Shown: positions 26,383 through 41,771, counted from the stretch's first letter. The stretch is DNA of 64,000 nt from Eledone cirrhosa (GCA_964016885.1 OZ024740.1:156488001-156552000); one strand, 5' to 3'. Numbers and translations: made by a program. Notes: generated by a model from the letters alone, not told the origin.

Positions 26383-27002
26383 TACTACTACTACTCTAAT
26401 GGAATACAACTCAAGACACATTCGATGCAGTAGCACACGTCAAAAAGTACACGCGCTGCACAGAAACTCTATTGTAATAAGAACTCAATAAAATAAAACA
26501 ACATTTACAATACATAATCTACACAATAAATACCCTATATAATAAAACAAAGCTTACTCCTACATAACCGATAACAAGCACTATAACGCCAAAACTTCAC
26601 ATTGAACACAGCTGGAATTCAATAATACTATAAAAACCACACATTGCATACTCTATTCTATCACCACTCCACAATAGGACACATAACATTAATTACGCAG
26701 TATATACTAAACATATTCCCCACCCAACACAAAACAGTAAAAGTCATATTTCACATATATCTTACACAACAGTAGAAACACTGTATATATTAAGAAGTAC
26801 TTTAGCAACCTATCTGTATGATAAAGTTATATTTGTATAAGTACAGAGTATCTAACCGAGACTGCAGATATAATTCTATCATACATTTCCATTAAAGGTG
26901 TTTAACATTTTTCAATTTACGGCGAAATTAATATATTCTGGCATGTTTACATACCTACATATTAGATATGTATATATATATATATATTTATACACGTTGG
27001 TG

Positions 27003-27062
27003 GAGAAGAAGAAGAAGAAGAAGAAGAAGAAGAAGAAGAAGAAGAAGAAGAAGAAGAAGAAG

Positions 27063-27091
<29 letters not shown>
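27003..27091. repeat. (AAG)n microsatellite
   Basis: Pure GAA run; it explains the poly-K/R/S ORFs. Confidence 0.95.
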
Positions 27092-27093
<2 letters not shown>

Positions 27094-27797
27094 GCGAGGG
27101 GACATATAGAGTACATGACTGAAACTTATTTTATCGAGCTCGAAAGGATGAAATGTAAAATTGACCTGAGTGGGATCTGAACTCATGGAGAGCAGAGAAC
27201 CGGAACGAATACCGCAAATCATTTTATTAGATGTTCTAATGATTTTGCCAATTCACATTCATTTTTGTACATTAAGATAAAGAAGGAAGAGATATCTCAC
27301 CTCTATGTACTATCTTCTGCCTAAGTTGACATGAATAATATTAAAAATAAGGTAAAATCTAAACTATAATTTAAAAGAAATAGTAGTTAAGGATTTTAAA
27401 AAAGCGTACAACTTCAGAGACACTTATTTGAGAGAGGAACGCGCATAAAATGGAATTGGTTAAGTAAAAGAGTTTCAAAGTGTGATAAAAAGATCTGTGT
27501 TGTGATAGCTGCCAAAATTCAAGTACCCAATATTAGTCGGTGATGAAAGACACTACCACCAAAGAGACTAAGCAATGGTGACAGGAAATATAACCTAATT
27601 CAGTGGCAACAAAATGATAGCTAATAAAGATTGCATGTGTGTTTTAAACCCTTTTTAATATGTCGTAGAACGTAGAAAACATATATTGTGTAATTTAGAC
27701 AGAAAAGAGTAATGATTTTTAACTTAGACAGAAATTTGTGGGAGGTAACAAGAATCAAATCAGGCTCAGTATTGGACTGTTACATATTTTCTTTTGA

Positions 27798-28115
<318 letters not shown>

Positions 28116-28482
28116 TAAGCACAACGCCAACAATCTGAGGGAAGGGGAATATCGATTACATTGAACCAATAATTGACTGGTACTATATGTTTATCGACCC
28201 CTTAAGGATAACAGACCAAGTTGACCCTCAGCGGGATTTGTGTCTTTATTTGTCCAACTAGTGTATAGTCCTTATTTGTAGGTATAGGTATGTTTTTCAG
28301 TGACATGCCTATGTGGTGCTTTTCCATGTTGTTTACAGCTCATAAACAAAGAGGAAGTATAGACGTATACACAGACCAGGACGAACACACACACACTTAC
28401 ACACACACACATACACACACCTATACACACACATACATACACACACATGTATACACACACATATATATATATACACACACAC

Positions 28483-28517
<35 letters not shown>

Positions 28518-28680
28518 CACATTTTAGTACAGCATTAACGAAGCTTTAGGCTGCGGCTAAGCTAACGAATGCAAATTCGGAATGTAGCTTTAGCACTCGA
28601 TGGAGAATAATACCCCAGAGTAATAACAATACGTTTAGACAGCTTTACAAATCAAATATAGCGACCGGCAGTCCAGCCGC

Positions 28681-28694
28681 GTTGCCATAGCAAC
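28681..28694. promoter_or_regulatory. Candidate RFX X-box
   Basis: GTTGCCATAGCAAC fits the X-box consensus; no associated gene seen. Confidence 0.25.
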
Positions 28695-28852
28695 GAAAAA
28701 GCCTGGACTCAGGAAAAGATTATATATATATATATCAAGATAAGCAGAACAAGTAAAAATTCAATCAATTTTTCAAAATAAATCAAAATTAATATACAAT
28801 CAAAATTAATCAAAATTAAAAAATATAATATAAATATTTACCTATTCTAATG

Positions 28853-28933
28853 GCCCTAACTGTACAGTTTCACGGTGCAAAACATTAAATATCACAAGGA
28901 TATTAATGGAAAAGCAACGATCATCAGAGAAGC
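28853..28933 (-). ncRNA. Type I hammerhead ribozyme motif with long stem II
   Basis: Minus: gcttct-CTGATGA-long hairpin-GAAA-ctgtacag-TT-agggc; palindromic stem III; stem I relies on G.U pairs. Confidence 0.6.
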
Positions 28934-29096
28934 ATTTTCCTGTCCTAGGGTTAAAAACCCCAGGAACGACAAAATATATGACCTCACTCCAACTAATACA
29001 GGTCTAAAAGGTCGTGAAAGTGACCCGTAAATACATTGGTGTATAGTGAAGGCGGGAAATCGTAGACTCGCCGTCTCTAGCTCGCCACTAAAAAAA

Positions 29097-29134
<38 letters not shown>

Positions 29135-29841
29135 GAGAAAACACAGGTAAGCATTAAGAGAAGGATTTTATCCAGGTATTTACGACCGTTTCATTGGTAA
29201 GTGCAACCTTATATTGCTATACTGCAAATAGCAGCCACTCAATTATAATTGTTGTTCACAGTCTAAATTTTAAAAATAGTGAGTAAGTTACTCTTGAAAT
29301 AATTCTTAATATATAGAGAAAAACATTTATTTGGAATTGTATTTACTAGTATAGAGAGAGAGAGGAATCAGAAGGTGAGGGGACAAACGGAATAGTATAG
29401 AGAGAGAGTAAGAGGGTAGAGTTAGGAAGTAGAGTGACAAACTGAGATGGAGGAAGGGGTAGAGGTGGAAGGATTCCTTGGTCAGTTTTGATACCAGACT
29501 TCATGTCGTGGAATGTAGTGAGTTAAAGAGAATTAAATTGATCATAGTGGGAGGGATGGATAGAGAGGGAGAGAGAGAGGGGTGGGGGAGATATAAAGAG
29601 ATAAATATATATATATATAAAATAAAGATAAAGATAATAATGACAAAATTAAGCGGAGAAATAATAAACTCCAGAATGACATAAATACATTCCTAAAAAA
29701 GCTGCAAACCACCAATGGAATTATTGTCAAAGCGGACAAAACATCAAATGTGTATACGATGGATGTTAATACATACAATAGCTTCATACGGAAGTATATA
29801 TATATGTATAGCGAACCATGCATACATATATATATATGCTA

Positions 29842-32006
29842 TGGAAATGTCTTGTTGAGTCAAACTAAGCCACACGTTAATACTATCCACTACACGGAGT
29901 ACTCTAACTGGACTACATCTAAGTGGACTGCCTATAACGATAACCTGTTATCCCGTATACATAGCTCCCACCTGGTTGAGCAACAACATTAACACACGGC
30001 AACAACATGGAAAAGCACCACATAGGCATGTCACTGAAAAACATACCTATACCTACAAATAAGGACTATACACTAGGCATGATACAACGGACTAATGATT
30101 TCATCCGCCGAATCCGATGGAAGGTTTACCACTACAACAAAGGACCCGCTAATAACACAGGGGAATTTACTAAAGAGAATTACGGATTCAAGTCCTGCAA
30201 AAACCCTCCAAATAACCCTATACTCGATGCCTTCGAGCTGGACCTTATGAATATGATAAGTGGAACTAAATTCAAAAAATGAACACATCATAACAAATTA
30301 CAAAATGACATCAATACATTACTAAAAAAACTAAGAAGCACCAACGGTATCATAGTAAAACAGACAAAACATCAAACGTATATACTATGGTCCTTAATAC
30401 ATACAATAATTTCATTCGACGTGAACTACACAACAAATACAAAAAAAAAACAAATGAATCTACACTCACTAGCATTAATAAGGAAGGTCTTAGCATAGTA
30501 AAAAAAAATCAAAATATCCGACAGAACCGAACCTTTAACCCCATGCAACCCCACATTTAACCTTAAGGATCACAAAAATAATTTTGAAACAAGCCCTACT
30601 ATTAGATTAATATGCCCATCCAAGTCGGATATAGGTAAAATTAGCAAGAATATTCTAGATAGGGTAATCGCAAAAATTAAGGGAAAACTAGAAATCAATT
30701 TATGGGGTAACACTAATGACGCAATTGAATGGTTCAATAGAATAAGAAATATAGAAGCATGTAACTTCATACAATTTGACATAAATGATTACTACGCATC
30801 CATATCCCCAGTCACCCTAGATAAGGCGCTAATATTTTCCCAAAATAACTCGGACCTTACCCCAGATGAAATTAAAATAATACTAGCAGCTAGAAGGACT
30901 ATCATAACATTTGAAAATAACTACTGGGAAAGAAAAAATAGGATGAACAGCTTCGATATCACAATGGGATCGAACGATTCAGCGCAAATAACTGATGTTG
31001 TGGGGATTTTACTTTCCTCATATTATTCTTATTATTATTATGAACATCTCAATGTATTCCTATATATCCTTCATCATGTTCTCTATATATACCATGCATA
31101 TTTTACTATTTTATTACCTTTATTGTTTCTATTATTGTTGTTATTACTGTCTTATTTATACACGATTTGTTATTGATGCTGTGAAAACTAAACCCACATG
31201 GTTCGAACTAACAATCCCTACCTTTAGTATAGGCCACTTAAATAACGAATCTACAATTCCACTTAACACCACATAAAAACTATCATCCTCACTAAATTAA
31301 TCAAAAGAAAATGTTTATCTGTCAAACAATAAGTAAATCTCCGGTTTATTGCCAGCATACCTACAGCAAAGCAGATACCTCATAAATCCTGTCTCCAAGT
31401 ACATTTTAGTTGTTACTGTTATCTCGTCGCCACCTTAACACTATATCTAATGTACCCTATAGCAGTTTTCACATGTCAATTTCATACATCTGTATCATAT
31501 CAGTTCGTTTAACATGCTAGATTCATCATTATACTCTATTTCTTACTTATATTGATGTTATTATTTTAACTATTTGCTATCTAGTTATTTTATTTTATTA
31601 TTGATATTATTGTTCTGTTTTAATACCAATCCTATATTAAAGTCATGCCTTGTGTATCTTCTTCATTTCTAGTTCTCTGATGAAAACGACTGGTAATAAA
31701 CAAAGTATTGGAGATCGATTGACATAAAACCAGGCGGGTAGCGAACTCTAGACCTACCAGATCAAAGAAACAATTGTCAGCAATGTGAATAAAGCCCTTA
31801 TTGTATAGCGAACCATGACACTCTTCTTTCTTGAATTATTATTACTCCAAGTATAAACTACATAGAAATCACCGCGAACTCGCAGCATCACTGTGGAAAC
31901 GTCTTGTTGAGTCAAACTAAGCCACACGTTAATACTATCCACTACACGGAGTAGTCTAACTGGACTACATCTAAGTGGACTGCCTATAACGATAACCTGT
32001 TATGCC

Positions 32007-32010
<4 letters not shown>
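29842..32010 (+). mobile_element. Internally deleted Penelope-like element (Naiad-like) with direct terminal repeats
   Basis: MEKHHIGMSLKNIPIP..RRIRWK, DKTSNVY, LKDHK.NF...IRLICPSKSDIGKISK, FIQFDINDYYASI, FDITMGSNDSAQ; 29842-29958 repeated at 31894-32009; degenerate hammerhead at ~31671-31747. Confidence 0.8.
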
Positions 32011-32056
<46 letters not shown>

Positions 32057-32180
32057 GATGGGCTTCAACCAAATTCCACTAACAATGTATTGGTTAATTC
32101 GTGGCTATAGTAGAAGTTTCATAATGGGATCGAACCCGAGAATATGTGGTTGCGAAACAAACTTCTTAGTCATACACCTT

Positions 32181-32256
<76 letters not shown>

Positions 32257-32257
32257 A

Positions 32258-32305
<48 letters not shown>

Positions 32306-32377
32306 TAAAGCCTCTAGACTTACATACATATCATACATATACACATACATACATACATACATACATACATACATACA

Positions 32378-32409
<32 letters not shown>

Positions 32410-35400
32410 CACGGTCAGTCAGTCAACGCGATCAATCGCATATTTTGGTGAGGGAGATTATTCATTAAATTTAAGACAATACTATCTCCGACAGTAATGC
32501 CACAACTACCAGTCATGTTGACTGGATATTCTTCTAACTATATCCACTGAAGACACCTTTTATTCGAATTCGTAGAGATATCCGACTAAATACATAATTC
32601 ATTTTACAAGGATTTGCTACAAACTGCATGGCTGAACACAAAATCAACAACATCAGTGGAATACCGAAGAAAAACGAGAAAGGTAAACAAAATTTATTCA
32701 GTTGTAGCTACAGAAGAAACCGAAATTATAAATCGCATTTCTCTTGGAGTTGCGAGCTTAATGATGATTTAATTAATTGTTATAAAATGGCAAAATACAA
32801 TCCCTCCATTGGCTATATGAACAGAATGAAGCTACGCTGGGACGAAATACACCCAGAGCTAATCACTTCACAGCGAAACAATTACGCCAATAAGCGACGT
32901 TTGTTAAATGTAAAAATAAGATAAATATTATTAATTGTATGTCCTCCACAACAAACATGGAATCAACAACACGTGCTACAGGTCGCCAAGCTACTAGACT
33001 TGATAGCAGCCAGGTCGAACAACGCCTTGAAACAACTATGCCTGTAAGAAATTTGACATCACGTGTACCATCTGAGTCTACCTCGAATACTAGGGAAAAC
33101 ACTATCGATAATAATTGTTTCTACTTTAGGCACAAGGCCAGCAATTACCCAGTGCATTACTGGTACTTTATGTTATCGACCCCGTAAGGATGAAAGGCAA
33201 AGTCAACCTCGGCGGGATTTGAACTCAGATCGTAAAGGGACGTAACTATGCTGGAAAGCATGGCGTCCGACCCTCTACCGATACTGCCAATTCACCGCCC
33301 TATCAAACACTATCGATAATAATAATAATCGAAGAAATAATAATAATAATCGAAGAAATTTGACACCACATGTACCATCCGAGTCTACCTCGACTATTGT
33401 GGAAAATACTATCGATAATGATAATAATAAAAAATATAAACAATTGAAAATTTCTCTCTGGAGGATTTCGTTGAGGGAAATTTTCAACTGTTTATAATTA
33501 ATTCATGTATAAACATTTCTCTTGCTGAACGTATTATAACAACAATATTTAATAAAAAAACAAATAATGAAATATATTACGTGTTATTGACGAAATAGGG
33601 GTTCAATATTTACGACGGATAAAAACCCCAACATGTTGGCAAATCAATGCCTGTTTATATGCCTTAGCAACAACAGCGAAGCATTATCTTGGTGATAGAA
33701 GAGATATTAACAAGAACAAAACACCACCAAAAATACCATCATAAAATAGAAAAAAAGATTGCCGACTTAAGAAAAACCTTAGGATATGTGACAATGCTCC
33801 TTACATGCAAACAAACACAAAAAAACCTCACTCCTCACCAACAAAGAGTGAAAAATAAAATAGAGACGATGTTTGGTAACAGTAGAACCAGAACTCTTCA
33901 ATATAAGCTGATCACCCTCAAACAAGAATTGAGAGCTGTTAGCAAAAAACGCCGATACCTGAAGAAGTTAGATGAAAGAAAAATGTTTAATAAAAGATTC
34001 AGACGAAACCAAACATCAGTCTATAGAGATATGAAGGGCAAAATAATAAGTGTTACTGGGGCCCCATCCCAGAAAGACATAGATTACCTTTAAAGAAAAA
34101 TATGGGGTGAAAAGAAGAATTTCAACCAAGATGCAGCGTGGCTAAAAGAAATCCGAAAGAACTATTGCTCCTACACTACAACAAACACATACGAAATAAG
34201 TGAAAACACCAGGAAGAGACATGATTGTCGGCTACTGGTACAAAAAACTGATATTCTATCGGAGGTATCTTACTGACCTCTACCAACAAGTCCTTAAGGG
34301 AGATACACTTATACCAAAATGGTTGACATTAGCACAAACATTACTGGTCCCCAAGAACAAAGACACCCACTTGGCAAAAAACTACCGACCCATTGCATGC
34401 CAGAACCTGATGTATAAGATGAATACAGCCTGCCTGAGCGTATTCCTCCAAGATCATTGTGAAAATAATAACTGTTTCTACTTTTGGCACAAGGCCAGCA
34501 ATTATCCAGTGCATTACTGGTACTTTATTTTATCGACCCCGTAAGGATGAAAGGCAAAGTTAACCTCTGGCGGGATTTGAACTCAGAATGGCAAGGGACG
34601 TAACTCTATGCGTCAAAGCATGGCGTCCGACCCTCTACCGATACTGCCAATCCACCGCCCTTTGAAATATATAATAATATCACCACAGATGAACGAGCAG
34701 CGGGAAATAAAGGGGTTTGGGGATGCGTTGAACAACTCCTGATTAACAAAAAACTGCGATGTCGGAGGTGCGACAACTTAGGAGAAATATGGCTACAGTC
34801 TGGCTGGACTACAGGAAAGCTTTCGATTCTGTTCCCCACTCTTGGATGATAGAGGCCATCCAACTTGCTAAAGTCTCAGACATTATTATCAGAGCCATAG
34901 AGAAGCTGTCTTCTTCTTGGGCTTCTATCCTAAAGTTAAAGATAGAGAAGGTGGACTCTATTTTCACTGATAAAATAAAATATCGCAGGGGTATAATTCA
35001 GGGAGACAGTCTCTCTGTGATATTATTCATCCTGTCCTTTCTGCTCAAGAAATGTGAAGGATACATCATTGGCTAACAGGAGGACAGAAATACGAACCTA
35101 ACCCATAATTTCTTTGTGGATGATCTGAAACTCTATACCAAGAACATGGATGGGATGAAGAAAAATCTTGACCTGGTTACAACGTTCTCAAAGGATATAG
35201 GAATGGAGTTTGGCCAAGATAAATGCTCATATATGACTGTAGAGTGGGAAAAAACAACAACCCAATCTAGCAAAATTGTCATCAATGGTCTAACTGTTTC
35301 ACCGATATCTGATGAGGACTGCTACAGATACCTGGGGATAGATGAGAACATATCCTATAATGGTATCTGTAATAAGGAACGCGTAACCAGGGAATACTAC

Positions 35401-36750
35401 ACTCGATTGAGAAAGATATGGTCATCGGAACTCTCTGCGCAAAACAAAACAGTGGCTCACACAATCTGTTTACAGTGCTTGTCCTAACAATTGGAATACT
35501 CAATTGGACGAAATCCGAGATATTGGTGTTAGAACTCGAAAAATACAAAACAACACCGGAAACTTCCACATCAACAGTGAAGTAGACCGCCTTTACTTGA
35601 AACGTAAGCAGGGAGGCAGAGGCCTAACATCAGTTCAGACAGCATTTGAATGTCACATTATATCTCTCCGACAACATTTATGAACCTCAAAGTGTAAGAG
35701 CCCGTCTCTCGAGCAAGTCTATCTGATTAGATCATGAGAGTTGGGAAGGAACTCCTTGAGAGATATTCCCTGTGTGATAATCAAAACTCACACCCAGGGA
35801 AGGTGGCTCAGCAGTATCGCAGTGAATCCATGGATGAAAAACTACATGCTTATCAGCAAAAAATCATGCATGGATATGTTGTCAGAAGCTTCTGGGTGAG
35901 TGCAATATAGATAAAGAAAGTAGTCTATCTTGGACCAACAACCGCTATATTGGCTCCCACTTTGAAGGATACGCTTTTGCAATCCAAGAACAGGAAATCA
36001 ACACGAAATACCTGATTCACAAAAGAGATAGGGATGCAGGCAAAACACCTAGATGTAATAACAAGTGCAGACTCTGCAGAATTAACATCGAAGATGTCAC
36101 CCATGTCATCAGCAGCTATCCAAAGATGTCATCGCGGTACTATCTACCTATGAGGCATGAAGTAGTGGCCAAAACACTGTACTGGTGGAATGTTCCAGTA
36201 AAAACCCGAATAAAATGCAGGCATAACAGACCAGATATTATGATATGGGACAGGGAAAAGAAGGCATGCACAGTAGTGAAAGTTAGCTGCCCAGCAGATG
36301 CCAATATAATATCAAAGATGCAGATACTCCACTCTGACCATACCTTCAGATTTATGCCTGTGATTAATGGGGCACTGGGATATGTTAGTAACTGCCTCAA
36401 TACAAATCTTGAGAAGCTAGGCTTCATAGGAACAGAAAGAATATAACTAGTTAGGAAATTACAAGTACAATCCATGGAACAGTAAAAATATGTAAAACAT
36501 TCCAAAACTTTTGCATCTAATAACTGCATATACACATGTACAGATACTAAGCATATACACATACACACATACAACTCAAAACATACATATCCACACATAC
36601 AATAACATCCATATCTACACATGCATGCAGACATGCATACATATCTACCTAGTTGATGTTGTGTAAATTCCAAAGAGAGAGTCTTGTGTCTATGCTAGAA
36701 ACCGACTCTTTCTATTGGCAAACATTTGTGAAAATATAAAACCAGAAGAA
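32410..36750 (+). mobile_element. Near full-length decayed R4/Dong-type RLE LINE inserted in (CATA)n, with two nested SINEs (~33115-33300, ~34470-34660)
   Basis: N-terminal WSCELNDDLINCY..GYMNRMKLRW; RT NYRPIAC, WLDYRKAFDSVPHSW, GIIQGDSLS, DDLKLY; CRLC..EDVTHV zinc knuckle; RLE HNRPDIMIWD. Confidence 0.9.
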
Positions 36751-36784
36751 CATACATACATACATACATACATACATACATACA

Positions 36785-36817
<33 letters not shown>

Positions 36818-36907
36818 GCATAGAGTTATTTAAAGAATTCCACATACATTTGAAATACGCAGAAATATTTCTCTCTGTCTCTCGTGAATATATGCATATA
36901 TATAATA

Positions 36908-37845
36908 TTAGCAGCAGTACCCAGCGTTGCCTGTGTAGGTAAAATAATATCTGCTTTGATGAAAAGGTGTTGATCTTAGCGACTGCGAGTATCTTGAAAA
37001 TCGGTCGTAAGGTGTAGCAAGTGGCGAAATGTTGAGTGAAATCGTATGGAATATGTGGTAGGTGGAAAAAATCGTATTTTGAAGAGTTAAACGGCTGCCA
37101 CGCCGTCCCTGAACAAAAAAAAAATGCAAAGTGTAAAGCTACTATAAGATGTGCAATGATAGGTTCTATCGTAGTATAAAAGTTGAACCAAATAAATTGA
37201 TTTATGTGTGAGGTGGAGCCGAAGTTTCGAATTTGAACGAAATCGGTTCAAAAATGTGGGAGCTAGAGCCGAAAAGGCGGAAATTTGAGCGAAAAGGTGG
37301 TATTTTTTAATATTTAAGCGGCTGCCACGCCATTCCTGAACAAAAAAATCCAAAATGTAAAGCCACTTTAAGACGTGAAATAACCAGATCTAGAAGGTTG
37401 ATGAATGTGGGAGCTAGAGCCGAAAAAGTAGAAATTTGAGTCTAAAAGTGGTATTTTTGAATGTTTAAGCGGCTGCCACACCGTCCCTTAACAACAAATC
37501 CCAAATATAAAGCCATTACTGGATGTGCAATGATAAATTCTATTTTACTTTAAAATTTGCACGAAATCAGTGGCAAAATGTGGGAGCTAGAGCCAGACAT
37601 CTTATTTTTCGATACCTAAAAAAAAGGTGACCCCCCCCCCCCTATCGATTTTAATCTGCAGAATGACCCCGGAATAAAAAAAAAAACGATACGCTGATAT
37701 ATAGAAAACACTCTCCGATGACTAATCTATGAGCCTGTAAAGTTTCATGAAAATCTGTCGTAAGATGTAGGCCCCTATAGGTAATACACATACACACAGA
37801 CACACACACACACACACACATACTTAATTTTATATATATACAGAT
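36908..37845 (+). mobile_element. Non-autonomous Helitron/Helentron-like element with internal tandem subrepeats
   Basis: Start ttagcagcagtacccagcgttgcc; three subrepeats (cggctgccac...atgtgggagctagagcc); end aaagtttcatgaaaatc...(CA)n...ttttatatatatacagat. Confidence 0.55.
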
Positions 37846-37879
37846 ATATATTTGTATATACAAACTTACACACTCTCAC

Positions 37880-37935
<56 letters not shown>

Positions 37936-39534
37936 AGAGAGAGAGAGAGAGACCCGTCCATTAAATATCCTCCCCTTAATTCTTTTCTCTCTCACATAAT
38001 CCAACACTCAAAATCCAATTTCAACATACTTTAACGTAGATAATATCAGTCACTTTAAGATGAGTAGATAAAGTCACATTTTAAGGTTTTGTCAATTAGC
38101 GATAAGAGAAGCACGGTCGTTATTTTCTACTGATATTTTAAAGAAAGTCGATCTGATTCGCAGAAATGGTAGAACGATGCACGGGAATGTATAAATGTGC
38201 TATTTTTAGTTCACCTTTCACCGAAGAAGATTATAACTTTCATCTTTCTGATATCATTATAAGTAGTACCAGATATCTACATGGGTATATTCATTTGATT
38301 ACAGCTAGCACTGATTACAGCTGGCACAAGATTACTGCAAGCTGAATTGGCGAAACGGCTTCTTTCACTTAGTTAATGCATAAACATCATAAAGTTCTAT
38401 TCTAATTCCTTTAAAATGACTGTTAATCGTACACAGTCAAATTGAATAAATACATATTTCTATAAAGAGCAAACACGATCGTGTTAAGCTTTTACTGATC
38501 CTTTTCTAAAACCCAATTTCGAATTTTAGCATAAAAGCCGAATGTCATTTCATTCATATAGCTAACACTTCATGAAAGTATAGTTTCCTGCTATATTATT
38601 TCTCTGTTTCTATGAAAGCCATAAATTATTTCGAAGAGAAATGCCATCAACTCACCTAAATGTTCTTTCTTCAAACATTTATATAATACTGCCTTTTATA
38701 TTTTGACAATGTTTTTTCATTGATGTAAGATTTATGTAACTCAAACAAAGAGAATAAGATTGTAAGAAGATTCGGACTTGTTCTGCGTTATAGCATATTT
38801 AGAAGCCTTGAATACGATATAACGATCTTAAATGTTGTAACATTATAACAAACAAATGAAATTTATAGCTGCGTGTTCGTTATAAGATTGAATAAGATAA
38901 TATCCTTACATCAAGTTAGAAAGTTCTAGGTGTACATTTCTCAATTAATCTTCCATCGTTCTTATCGGGTTCTGTACATAATTTAGTCAGTTGAAACATA
39001 CATGATGATATTGGGATACATGAACACATAAATATACTCACTTCAAGGAGTAGCTTATTATGACCACTCCGAATATAATTTGGATTTTCGGCGAACTCGT
39101 GCAAATATACATTATGATATATGACATTAAATTTTTAATTCATTAAATTTTGTTTTCCATTGATATTCTCTTATAATATATAATAGTACACAAAGTAGAG
39201 TTACATTAAATATTCAAGTGTCCTTTGTGGTTATGAAAACGGCAAGGAATGGAAAGGCTTTAGTGTCATAGGAGAAGGAGGAAGGGGGAGGAGGAATGTG
39301 ATGAGCTCTGGGCCTAGAGCGCGACGGTATAGGGGCTGCGCCCCGTCGACAAGGCCGCAAAATCATTCCCGTGACCAATGGCCAGCGACACCCGTTGCAA
39401 CAGCCACCCCACCTCGCGGGGCTCCTTGACAAAACTGTCAGTGGTAATAGTTTATAAAGAATTTATAGCAGTAACACTAGGCAGGAATGACAGTATTTCG
39501 TGGAGATTCGAGATTTTCTATTGTTACTACAATA

Positions 39535-39658
39535 GTAGTTTCTACTTTTGGCACAAGGCGAGCAATTCACCAGTACATTACTGGTACTTTATTTTATCGA
39601 CCCCGTGACCTCGTAAGGATGAAAAGCAAAGTTAACCTCAACGGGATTTGAACTCAGA
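39535..39658 (-). mobile_element. 5'-truncated Nin-like SINE
   Basis: Same family; ctacaatagta repeated on both sides. Confidence 0.75.
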
Positions 39659-39899
39659 CACTACAATAGTATGAAATTATCACACGCAAAAACAAACAAA
39701 CAAACAAACACATTCGTGATCTTTTTAACTGTATACTTACTTCTGTGGAAATATAACATCGTATGTAACTTTGATAACTTTGACTAATTTCGGCCAGTAT
39801 TGGCCCAGGTCATGTGTAACCTAAATGCAGTTTATTCATACTTCCCTCAGACACACTTGAAATGTAAAGTTTTATAATAGAGAGTGTATGTTATAATGT

Positions 39900-40200
39900 T
39901 AATTCTTCCAACGATTTAACGAGGTAGGTGATGCGATATAATTATCCAAATTAATACAAATCTAGTCACGAAAAAAGCTGGACGTATGTTTTTGTTCCAT
40001 AGTATGTTTTTCTCCGCATACTTTAATAAAGATAACATTTCTGAAACAAAAACAGAAACATCATTTATGTAAGCTATCATTTTTACACGTTCTATTATAT
40101 AATCTGGGAGGCTTTCTCCATCCGTCACTTTCATATAACTGCTGAAAAGAGAATATTCCATATAAAATGTTGTAGAAAGCATCCTGATCCCTTCTCCAAC
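39900..40200 (-). pseudogene. Highly decayed L1/Tx1-type RT fragment
   Basis: VKMIAYINDVSVFVS resembles AYADDVxVxVS. Confidence 0.35.
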
Positions 40201-40228
40201 TCCCCGCCTTTCTCTGTATATATATATA

Positions 40229-41252
40229 TCTGCGACTTCACAGAACTTATGTTTACCGAATTCTCAGACCAGACCCCTTCTTCCCCCCGTTAGACCTGTG
40301 CGAAATTCCTTCCTTGCTCACATTTCAACCAGGTTTGATGGTCTTTATTCTCTCGTTCACGATTCCACCGAATTTATATTCATAGAAATCTGGGACTTGT
40401 TTCCTTCTTCATCACTTTCTGCTGCTTAAACCATTTTGTTTGTTTACCCTAGCGTCCCCTTTATTTACGTGTCCCAACGACTTTTTTTTAGCCGTTGCTC
40501 GCACCAACCTGAGGTATATGGCCTTTAATGCGACGAAATGCCTACGACGGTTGGATGGCCACTGATGAGGACAAACTTTTTCATATGTAACCCATTTGCA
40601 GCGCCGCAGCTCCATTATTATCATATGTACACATATATTTTTTCCTCCGCTGCCACCAGTCTGTTTCGTTCTTTGCGTCTTTACCCTTTCTAGCAGTCTC
40701 TCTCTCTCTCTGTTAGCCTCTTCCTCACCTTTCACTCACTCACTCTCTGTCACTACCTCTCCTCCTCCCCTTTCTTCCCGTTTGACCTGTCCGTAATCCT
40801 TTTCTCGCGGGCACTTGCCCAAGCCGGTATGAATTTTTTTTCTCTCTCTCTCGTCTGCGACTTCACAGAACTTATGTTTACCGAATTCGCAGACCAGACC
40901 CCTTCTTTCTCCCGTTAGACCTGTGCGAAATTCCTTCCTTGCTCACATTTCAACCAGGTTTGATGGTCTTTATTCTCTCGTTCACGATTCCACCGAATTT
41001 ATATTCATAGAAATCTGTGACTTGTTTCCTTCTTCATCACTTTCTGCTGCTTAAACCATTTTGTTTGTTTACCCTAGCGTCCCCTTTATTTACGTGTCCC
41101 AACGACTTTTTTTTAGCCGTTGCTCGCACCAACCTGAGGTATATGGCCTTTAATGCGAAGAAATGCCTACGACGGTTGGATGGCCACTGATGAGGACAAA
41201 ATTTTTCATATGTAACCCATTTGCAGCGCCGCAGCTCCATGATTATCATATT

Positions 41253-41255
<3 letters not shown>
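40229..41255. repeat. Two near-identical ~400-bp copies (B 40229-40632, C 40855-41255) of the repeat also at 5027-5380
   Basis: Direct sequence identity; the ORF track shows the same minus-strand peptide twice. Confidence 0.9.
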
Positions 41256-41329
<74 letters not shown>

Positions 41330-41460
41330 GTGAGGTTTTTTTTACAAATTGAAAAATAACCGAGGTGTCCTACACGAGTGAATGTATAAAGAAAAAGAGA
41401 TGAAATCGAAAATGCAACTGGAGTTTTATTTTTTTTAAAAGTATATATATTTATTTGGTT

Positions 41461-41498
41461 CCTTTACCGGTTTCGCAGTTCTTCTGCTTTTCAAAAGG
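41461..41498 (-). ncRNA. Degenerate minimal hammerhead
   Basis: cctt-TTGAAAA-gcag/ctgc-GAAA-ccgg-TA-aagg; stems intact, core has 2 substitutions. Confidence 0.5.
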
Positions 41499-41740
41499 TG
41501 AGTTGAGATGGAGGGTCTGTTGTTTTTCTCACATCTGGTTATCTCTGAATGTTACTTGTTTTATATGGAAAAAGTGGCTCGAAATGCCAGGTTTTTCGAG
41601 AAGTAATTTGATTGGTTTGTCAATAATTATAATAAATTTCGCGCCAGTTCGCGTTACAATAGTTATTCAAATAAGAGGGGGTGGATATATATACATATAT
41701 ATATAGATATACATATATACATATACATACATATATACAT

Positions 41741-41771
<31 letters not shown>

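Noticed and set aside
39270-39450. Short GC-rich island
   Set aside because: No ORF motif, structure or second copy in the window; probably an unassigned TE fragment.
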